This document shows positions 54,667 to 64,000 of a stretch of 64,000 nucleotides of DNA, one piece after another. Numbering within the stretch: position 1 is the first letter of the stretch; each line of letters opens with the position of its first letter. A program made the translations under genes and the position numbers. Origin of the DNA: Octopus bimaculoides. Lineage: Eukaryota. The stretch is taken from NCBI RefSeq assembly GCF_001194135.2, contig NC_068982.1, forward strand, positions 64,785,322 to 64,849,321, read 5' to 3'. Under the pieces are notes generated by a model. That model did not search any database and was not told the DNA's origin. It worked only from the letters and a program-made list of their open reading frames with translations.

Positions 54667-55005
54667 ATCATCATCATCATCATTTAACGTCTACTTTCCA
54701 TGCTAGCATGGGTTGGACAATTTGACTGAGGACTGGTGAACCAGATGACTACACCAGGCTCCAATCTGATTTGGCAGAGTTTCTACAGCTGGATGCCCTT
54801 CCTAACGCCAACCACTCCAAGAGTGTAGTGGGTGCTTTTACGTGCCACCGGCACAAAGGCTAGTCAGGAGGTACTGGCAACGGCCATGCTTGAAATGGTG
54901 TATTTTACATGCCACTTGCACAGGAGCCAGTCCAGCGGTACTGGCAACGAACTCGCTCGAAAGTCTTTTCACATGCCACTGGCACAAGTGCCAGGAAGGC
55001 GACGG
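54667..55005 (-). mobile_element. RTE 3'-UTR-type repeat copy
   Basis: As above; further diverged copies near 5418, 13740, 37381, 47365(+), 50300(+), 56770(+) and 57415. Confidence 0.85.
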
Positions 55006-55174
55006 AGGCCTAATATTTGTAATGACTTCGAAAATTTTAGTTATGTGAGTTATTTACAAGACTGTTTCATTGATATATGTTTGGACTGTACGTTGTTAAT
55101 AATGTATGTGTGGAGTCATTGTGTCTTTGAGTTGTTGAAAGTGATTAGGTTATCAAGTCTTCTTAGTGATTAGA

Positions 55175-55770
55175 GTGTAGGACTCATAATCATGAGGTAG
55201 TGAGTTCGATTCCTGGACCGGGCTGTGTGTTGTGTTCTTGAGCAAGACACTTTATCTCATGTCACTCCAGTTCACTCAGCTCTAGAAATGAGTTGCAGTA
55301 TCACTGGTGCCAAGCTGTATCAGCTTTTGCCTATCCCTTGGATAACATCAGTGGAGTGGAGAGGGGAGGCTGGTATGCATGGGCGACTGCTAGTCTTCCA
55401 TAAACAACCTTGCCCAGACTTGTGCCTAAAACAGTCAATATGAAGTGTGTCCTCTTTAAACTTTCAAAAGAAAAGGAAATGTATGATGACTACTCACATT
55501 ATGCCCATGTGTCCACCTCCTATTTATTCATCTAATATTTTAATTGTTTAAAACAATCAAAATATTGATATTTTAAATAGGATGGTCATGGCAGGAATGC
55601 TTTTGTTTATAGGTCTACTCAATCAGAGCTTAGCTAATTCTAAACAATAATTTGTATGACTCTAACATACAAGTAGAACCATTACCTTATCAAGAAAGAT
55701 TTACACTCACTGACCTCTCATCACAGCAATCCCATGGTCATTTGTGACCGAAGGGGGTCTTTATCTTTAC
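55175..55770 (+). mobile_element. tRNA-derived SINE interrupted by a 305-bp local insertion
   Basis: B box gagttcgattcc, body ttgagcaagacacttt...; resumes at 55731 cccatggtca...tctttacc. Confidence 0.7.
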
Positions 55771-56208
55771 CGTAATGTGGATTTAAAAATGGTGATGACA
55801 ATGAATGTGCCCAAGCGCAACTTATTTACACAGTGGTACAAGATTGAGAACCCAACAATAATGATTAAAAGTCCCAATACAGTACCGGTTATAACTAAGG
55901 TGAATTGGTTGAATTGTTGAGTCAGATAGATTACATTGTATTATTCATGCTGGCTCTTTGGGTTCAAGTATTAGTGAGGTCAGTTTTTTCATCACTCACT
56001 ACATCAGGCTCTAGCCCAATCTCTAACCATCTGTCACTCACCTCCCACACTCTTATGAAATTACCCACCCTTTCCTTCCCTCCTGATCCAAATTATATTC
56101 TTTCTTATACTCACTTTCTTGTGTCTTGAGAGTATGCTCTGGCACCCTGACATCACCATCTTTATCTCCTTTCCAGCTACTCTCACTCACCTTTGCATAA
56201 TGCAGAGT

Positions 56209-56591
56209 TGTTGTTGGCACTCCGTCACTTATGACGTCGAAGGTTCCAGTTGATCCGATCAACAGAACAGCTTGCTCGTGAAATTAACGTGCAAGTGGCT
56301 GAGCACTCCACAGACACGTGTACCCTTAACGTAGTTCTCGGGGAGATTCAGCGTGACACAGTGTGACAAAGCTGACCCTTTGAATTACAGGCACAACAGA
56401 AACAGGAAGTAAGAGTGAGAGAAAGTTGTGGTGGAAGAGTACAGCAGGGTTCACCACCATCCCCTGCCGGAGCCTCATGGAGCTTTAGGTGTTTTCGCTC
56501 AATAAACACTCACAACACCTTGTCTGGGAATCAAAACCGCGATCCTATGACCGCGAGTCCGCTGCCCTAACCACTGGGCCATTGCGCCTCC
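56209..56591 (-). mobile_element. Young full-length tRNA-derived SINE with 10-bp TSD
   Basis: Head ggaggcgcaatggcccagtggttagggc (A box) ... ggttttgattcc (B box); (CAA)n tail; TSD aatgcagagt at 56199-56208 and 56592-56601; partial copy at 57722-57990. Confidence 0.9.
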
Positions 56592-56987
56592 AATGCAGAG
56601 TAGCCATGTTAGATACTATGTTTGTCCTTTTACTACACTTTAGCCTTCAACATCTTGCATAAATCTACCCCTTCCCCCCTTCTCAAATACACACCCATTC
56701 AATCAATGGAGCTTTTTCCTTTTTCTTTCTTTACTTTGTCTTGCAAGTTACTTGGCAACCTTACTAGTTACAGTGTCATAAAAAAAGGCATCCAGTACAC
56801 ACTAAAAAAGGTTGGCATTAGGAAGGGAATAAATCTGTAGAAAAACTGCCAAAGATGGCACTGGGGCTTGCTGCACCCCTGCGGCTTGTCAGATCCTGTC
56901 AAATCTATGGAAAACAGACATTGAATGATGATAATGATGACAATGAAGATAACAACAGCAACAATGGCAGTAAATAAAGTATTGATT

Positions 56988-57066
56988 CTTCTCTCTCTCT
57001 TTCTTTCTCTCTCTCTCTTTCTCTCTCTCCCTCCCTCTCTCCTTCTCTCTCTCTCTTTCTTTCTTT
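56988..57066. repeat. (CT)/(CTTT) pyrimidine microsatellite
   Basis: Direct. Confidence 0.9.
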
Positions 57067-60000
57067 TCAGAAGATATCATCTGTAGTCAGCTGGAGAGGG
57101 ATGGGTTGTATCAGGTTAGTCTAAAAATGCTCAAGACAGCTGAATATTGTGACAGCACTCCTTACAATTCTATCAGAAGTTGAGGACCCAAAGGAAGGCA
57201 ATAAATAAAGTATGTTGAAGTGACTCTTATAGTTGGTGTAACAAAGTCACTTCACTCAGGCCACAAATAAAATAAAAGGTCCTGAATCAAAATTTGAAAC
57301 CTGGAAAACATGATCATGGTTTAACACTAACTTACTGAACACCTTTTCTCCATTGTTTGTCATATCATACAATTATCATCCTTCTATTGTAATTCCCCCC
57401 CTCCTCCTCCTCCTCATCATCATCATTTTAATGTTCACTTTTCTATGCTTGCATGGAATTTGTTGAGGGAGATTTTCAACAACCAAATGCCCTACCTGTC
57501 ACCAACCTTCATCTGTTTCCAGGTAAGATACTTTACCATGATGAGACATGTTTTACAAAAGGCTGGAAACAAAGGAAACTGTTTGTGTGATGATAGCACT
57601 CATTTACAACTACCATATGATGTCAAGGCAAGGAGACACTAACATACACATATCATGCAATCATACACACATGTGCACACACACATACACACATGCACAA
57701 ACACACATACACACACACAAAACTGGCACTTCATCAGTTATGACAATGAGTGTTCCAGTTGATCTGATCAATGGAACAGCCTGCTCATGAAACAAACATG
57801 CAAATGGCTAAGCACTCCATAGACATGTGTACCCTTAACATACTTCACAAGGAGATTCAGTGTTACACAGAATGTGACAAAGCTGGCCCTTTTGAAATAC
57901 TGTTACTATTCATTTTTGGCAGCTGAGTAGACAGGAGCAATGTGAAATAAAGGGTCTTGCTGAAAGATATAATGTGTTGCAGGGTGTCAAACTTATAACT
58001 TTATGATCGTGAGCCTTCACTGTATACATGTACATTTATATATATATATATATGAACGTGTGTGTGTGTGTGTGTGTGCTAAGAAGAGAAAGGTGAAATT
58101 TAAAGAAAATTTAGCTGCTATTTCTTGCACATTGAGGAACCACATTGGAACTACCTCAGTTCATCCCCTTTGTGATTGCTCATCTTGTTTGAAATAACAG
58201 CTAAATCTCCATTAAACACTTTCGACTTAAAAAAATGAAAGGAAACCTTGATTCTAAATACAACATCATTATTATCATCAAGTTCTAGGAGACGTAGGGC
58301 CAGTTACTAGATTTTCATGGCATATAAGTAACTGAGATTACATTTCTTGGTATTTTTTGGTTATCTCACCTCCATTACAGAAGCTCCTTCGATACAAGCG
58401 ACATAGATATTCGGAATAGATATTTGAACTGAAAACTATTTATTTTCGTCTCGTTCTGAATTCAATTACCACCGTATTCAAGTTCACTTTTCATCAGTCC
58501 GGAGACGTCAAAATAAACGCTAGTTGTTACCCCCACCACCACCACCGGGCAATCTTAACGAAGTAAACCCATATTTATAGCTCATCGGTTTATTTTGATG
58601 GAGATTTGGCTGCTATTTCTAGCCTATAGAGCGACCACTTCGCTGATTTCAATAAGTGTCAGCAGTGTGTTATAAAACCGTCGTAATTTCAATCAAATGT
58701 ACGCTCTCTTCCCTATGAAAATTACTCCAGTGCCTTGTCAAAAAGAAATCAATATTTTTATATATTTATTCATGGAAGCAAAAAAGAAAAAAAAAATCGG
58801 AATACATCTCATTATCGCGTGTTGAAATATAATTCTTGATGGTAATATAAATAGCCAGTAATGATTGGGTTATTTTTAAAACTGAAATTCCCTGTTAAAA
58901 CAATGAGATATAGGAAAAACGAAGTGGTGGTGGTGATGGGGGAAAGCGCACAGCAGTTTGAAAAAGACACGCCTATTGTCATCGGAATGCTACACGAACA
59001 GGTGGTTGGCTGACTGCTGTGCCTGATTAACGGTTTGTGTAAATCAAATTCAGTAAAAAAAAAAAAGTATATATACATATATATATAATAAAAATACTAT
59101 GCGAAGGAGGTAAATATGTAGAGGGAAGTGTCATCAACGATGACTCAGCTTTTATCAAATAACATAAGAAAGTACTTGGCTTAAAAGAAGAGCTAAGAAA
59201 GAAAGATGTGACCGATTCAATGGAAAGTTCAGTCAGGGATTTTGGCGCGGTTTAAAAACACGTAAGGATACATGCTAGAATAGTTACAATTGTACACGCT
59301 TTCTGATATAAACCCTTATTTCTCTCTAGTTTGTTAATATTTGTTTTCATTTGGCGCAAAGGCAATGTCAAATAAAGTGTAAGATTCCAGAAACTAGCGA
59401 TGGCCTACATTGGCATTTGTGTGGGTATAAACAGTTGAAAAACCTAAATAAATTGGTTTGCCGCGAGGAAGTGGGATCATTCTAACGTTTCAGGCAGAGC
59501 CCTTCGTCGGAATGCGATGAAATAGATAAATTGGTTGTCTTTTTATGTTCTGGGTTTACATCCTACTAGGGTTTTACTTTGCCTTTCATCCTTCTGAGTG
59601 AGAGTGACAAAAATACGCAGTATGATGCGTATCAAGTGTTAATTTTGTTTTAAAATTCAGGTTCAGATTTGTTGTTTTTACAAAATAAAGATGAAAAGGA
59701 TTACGAAGCAGGTGCTCCTGTATATCTATATATACTCTTTCTCTCTCTTTTATTCACACATACATAGACTGTGTGTCTGTGCGTGCGTGCGTCATATGCC
59801 AAATAAACTTAGTAATTAGCTAATATCGAACCCAATAATTCTAATACCACTAGAACTCTGATGTACTGCAGCTAATAACCATATAAAAAAATATAAAAAC
59901 ACTTCTATCTAGTTCCAATTAAATTATAAGACCCTTAAAACATGAGCATAAAATGAAGCAACTGAAGGGATAATAAAACTAGATCTAGTCCTAGAGCAGA

Positions 60001-60167
60001 CAAAAAACCCCTAAAAGCACCAGGACAAAAATAGGGATACACTCAATATAATGAACACAGTCATGACCGAAATAAAAGGGAGCATACGAACAAGATTAAC
60101 AATAGTTTTAATATAAAGGTGCATAGACATCCCATCATCAGCTGCTGCATAGGAATTCATTATAGCA

Positions 60168-60219
60168 TCTCTCTCTCTCTCTCCCTCTCGCTATCTATCT
60201 CTCTACCCCTCTCCCTCCT

Positions 60220-60253
<34 letters not shown>
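60168..60253. repeat. (CT)n + (CTAT)n compound microsatellite
   Basis: Direct. Confidence 0.9.
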
Positions 60254-60255
<2 letters not shown>

Positions 60256-60531
60256 CAACACAAAAGCAAATATTACACACCAAGACATAAAAACTAGCAA
60301 CCACCCATACACAACACCGCCAGAACACGTCAAAATACTACACATCACACCAACACACACCACACACTAAAATCTATTTACCCCCAAGGCAGTTGGAAGA
60401 TGCCAGAAATACTCCTCTAAAAAACTTTACAGTGACCTCCTTGAGGAAACACCGAAGGAGGAGACACAAAAACTTTCGAACGGTAAGTGACTCACTGTTC
60501 CTATCGTTAGTTTTTAAACATCATCAGGATT

Positions 60532-62030
60532 ATGATCAAGTTTGGTTGTGTGAATGCGCGTGGCTTGGGGTCCCCTTGGAAACAGGGGTACCTCTTAAAC
60601 GACATAAAGTCACATGAACTAGAAATCATAGCCATAAGTGAGACCAGACTCCATGATCCACGGGCCCTAACATCCATGTTTGGCAGACAGTTCAACATTT
60701 ATTTTTCTCCCTGTCTGCCGAGAATGGGCGGTAGTGGCACGGCGGTACTCTTTCGCAAGAGTCTGGATCTCGAAGTAAAGACAATATTCATAGACCCGGA
60801 AGGTAGACTGGCTGTCCTGGATGTCGACGGCAGCGATGGGTGTGTTTTTCGACTCATATCAGTCTACGCACCGCCTTTAGCAGGTCGGCCGGATTTCTTT
60901 CAACGCCTAGAAATATTCCTAGGAACGTCTAGTCCTTTACGAGTGGGGGAATGGGATGCTACCTTGGACACGCATCTAGACTACGTGGACAGAGATAGGA
61001 ATAGACGGGGATGCAAATGCCTCAGAGACCTGCTCAGACGCTTTCAACTGTCTGACAGGTACCGACTTGACCACCCGAATGCGCCAACGTGGACATGGAG
61101 TAACCGCATCGGGTCGTCGAGATCGTATCTAGATACAGTACTGTGTAGGAGAGTAGATAGAGATAGCATAGAGTGTCCACAATTCCACATAGTCAGCTAC
61201 ACAGATCACAAACTTGTGACGTGTACGCTAGACTTAGATAAGACACATAGGCAGGGCCTCGGTTACTGGAAACTAAACGCGTCTTTCCCATCGAAACAAG
61301 TTTTCAGAGACCGGATTAACACGCTAGTAAAGAGGGCTTTGACGGGAACCATCATCAATAACAAATGGTGGTTTGCCCTCAAGAGAGCAATAAAAGCAGA
61401 AGCGATTAGGTATAGCAAAGCACTAGTCATAGATAGAAACAGAGTAGAGGGTGACCTAGTTAACAAGCTAGAAGTGGCATNNNNNNNNNNNNNNNNNNNN
61501 NNNNNNNNNNNNNNNNNNNNNNNNNNNNNNNNNNNNNNNNNNNNNNNNNNNNNNNNNNNNNNNNNNNNNNNNNNNNNNNNNNNNNNNNNNNNNNNNNNNN
61601 NNNNNNNNNNNNNNNNNNNNNNNNNNNNNNNACAAAATCACAATTCGGTCTCTGGTAGATGAACAAGGGTGCGAACTACTCGAGCCAAGTAAAATGTGTG
61701 AGGCCTTTCAGCAGCACTTTGCTCGACTGTTCGGGATGAGTGTCAAGCGAGACGCAGGGTGGACTTCAGTCCCTACCTGCACAGCCTGCCACGACTATCG
61801 ACAAGAGAAGCAGGGTGCTGCGAAGGTGCCATCACGGCGGCGGAAGTGAGGGACGCAATGGCAGAATGCTCGAGGGACAAACCGTCGGGTTTGGATGGTC
61901 TACCCTACGAGCTTTACAGTTGTATGCCAGACTTGTTTGGAGACGTCTTGACAGCATTGTACTGCAACTGGCAGCAAAACGGGAGCATCCCCGGTTTTGT
62001 GAGCCGAGGAGCCGTAACGCTGCTGAAAGA
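60532..62030 (+). mobile_element. L1/Tx1-clade LINE ORF2 fragment (APE endonuclease plus pre-RT region), spans an assembly gap
   Basis: CVNARGL, IAISETRL, LISVYAP, RSYLD, TDHKLV, GYWKLN, then KPSGLDGLPYELY...AVTLLK; frameshift near 61750; abrupt return to AT-rich DNA at ~62031. Confidence 0.9.
61481..61631. other. Assembly gap (151 N)
   Basis: Direct. Confidence 1.
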
Positions 62031-62446
62031 AGTAACTTCTTTATAAACCTGCAGAAAACCAGAAGCCTATAGTTAGTACTAAAGCGGGAAAGCATCTACG
62101 TGGTCATTCGACTTGCTTGAGATAACAACCTAATTCACTCCCTTTTTATCGTAAGATTGGAAGAGCACATTGGACATCGTCATGGAATGTTGTTGTCCGG
62201 AGCTTAAACAAGAATAATTAAAACAAATCGATCCAAGGAAGAATATATCTATGTGGTCCCTCAACCCGCTAGAAACAGCAGCCAAGTTCCCTTTAATCTC
62301 GCTTAGCCATCTTTAAAAAGGAAGGATACATCTAAAAGTAGCTTATCCTATTGCTAAAATTAAATTGGATGATCGTTGGTGGAAAGTTTTTGCTTGCTAT
62401 GGGTCAGCTCAATCGGTACCGATTTGAGATTATGCAGCGGTGGAGA

Positions 62447-62854
62447 ATGGAGTATATGTAATCTGGGTATACCCCCACTTTTAATTTTTGTTTTTTTTAC
62501 GGAATCCTATGTTTCAGACCATGGAGAATCCGATTCTGGAAAAAAATTTTCAAAAATCTCAATTTCAAAATTTCGATCCCCCCCCCCCGGTTTTTATATA
62601 GATCCACAGGGTAAACCTAACCCTAACTCAAACCGTAACCCTAACCGTAACCCTGACCCTAACCCTAACACTAGTTTTGTGAGATTTGGCTGTTATTTCT
62701 AGCATGTAAATAGCCTGCTTGGTGGTGGGGGGGGATTGAAATTTTTCAAAAATTTTTTTTTCAGAATCGGAATCTCCATAGCCTAAAACGTGGGATTCCG
62801 TAAAAATAATTAATAAATAAGGGGGGGGGGAGGTTCAGATTACATATAGTCCAT
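62447..62854. mobile_element. Fold-back MITE with telomere-like core
   Basis: ~140-bp imperfect inverted arms; degenerate (CCCTAA)n at 62616-62669. Confidence 0.8.
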
Positions 62855-64000
62855 CTCTACCTATGCAGCAACTATGAGAACATTAAATTAGAACACTGTT
62901 TTATGGAATAAATATTTAAAAGAAATCGATATTTTAAAAACATATTTGTTTAAAATATTGTTCAGCAATAACCGAGCAGATGTATCGTTTATTTTTGCAC
63001 AATATTGGCTGTGGATTGAGCAGAATCGCCAGCGTTGGGCAAAAATGCTTGCGGTATTTAATAGTCTATAACTTGGATAGAGGGATTAAATGAATATTTT
63101 TGGTTATTTGCTTACGCTGATTTAGGCTGCATGCTGTTTCCCATTTAGAACCAGATCCATTTTAGATTTTTGATGAGACCATTTCTATGCACATAACTTT
63201 ACAATATTTACCGCGGTTATTTGCTGGAAGCTGTTTCACTGTTTACCAGTAGAGAGATCTGAACATATGTTGTGTTTTGGTTAAGAATTGGCTAGCTACA
63301 TATTCGTGTGGTGAGAGGCGAATGATTCTGCGTTCATCGTAGACAATGATTCTTTTTAACCCGAGGTCGAGCAGCGACCAAGAACCTTGTCTTCTCTGGA
63401 ACCCCTGATACCTCTGCACTGATTGTTCTGCACTTCTCCACTGGCGGGAACCAACACAATTTTTATTCTACTCGTGAACAACTTTGTTTTCACACTTCCG
63501 AGGTCAATAAAAGCAAAGTATCAGTGAAGCATTAGGATCAATTTAATATTTCTATAAAGTATTGCAGATGTGAATAAAATTATAATATAAAATGAAGATA
63601 AAAGCAATTTGTTTATGTTGATGAAACCCATGAAATTTTTGTATTGCAGAAAGTCTAAAAAATATTTTGGTTAAAACAACTTTAGTAGAAAGTGGGTTAT
63701 ACATCTTTAGATTGTATACCTGACTTTCTACTATAAAAATTAATGAAATAGACGGAACGCTGAACTCCAGACTAAACAACATTTATTTAGGTGATAAACA
63801 TACATATCTTTTAGTTATACATCTTTAGAGGTGAGAATAACGAGCTGTCGAGTATAAGACCGAAAGATGTAGAGACAGCTTTAAACACACGTCCTTGCTC
63901 AATCGCTGGCCAGCGTGAAAGAGAATGAATTGAGCGGGAAACGCTTGCTTGTTTAATTTTACGCATGCGTAAGACTACGCATGCACAGGCGTTACTACAC

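Noticed and set aside
56510-56591. tRNA-like A/B boxes
   Set aside because: Head of a SINE with body, tail and TSD; no complete cloverleaf.
58903-59012. Short plus-strand ORF MRYRKNEVVVVMGESAQQFEKD... in a GC-richer patch
   Set aside because: No recognisable homology or reliable exon chain; could be a first exon or promoter but is unsupported.
62616-62669. Telomere-like repeats
   Set aside because: Short, degenerate and internal to a MITE; not a chromosome end.

Overview
AT-rich, repeat-dense animal genomic DNA. It is most likely an octopus/cephalopod; this is inferred from the repeat families and gene structure, not from a database match. The one clear protein-coding gene is KDM1A/LSD1 on the minus strand. 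I reconstructed 17 GT-AG coding exons from ATG 41432 down to 57 (2440 nt, phases consistent, SWIRM + FAD amine-oxidase + Tower, catalytic Lys present); the final exon(s) lie beyond the window start. Introns and the upstream 22 kb are packed with tRNA-derived SINEs, RTE/CR1/Tx1/Penelope LINE remnants, a dead mariner with TIRs and TA TSD, hAT- and piggyBac-type MITEs, and long fold-back elements. The most interesting unexplained signals are: (i) two paralogous hairpin-ANANNA-hairpin-ACA elements flanking an 18-nt splice-site-bounded microexon at ~51 kb, a possible snoRNA-host transcript upstream of KDM1A; (ii) an exact 305-bp local copy pasted into a SINE; (iii) fold-back elements and inverted repeat pairs that could make long dsRNA; (iv) possible alternative splicing at the junction where mammals insert microexon E8a, plus a D-to-G change in the WDQDDDFEF pocket motif. 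Two assembly gaps are present (15516-15525, 61481-61631).
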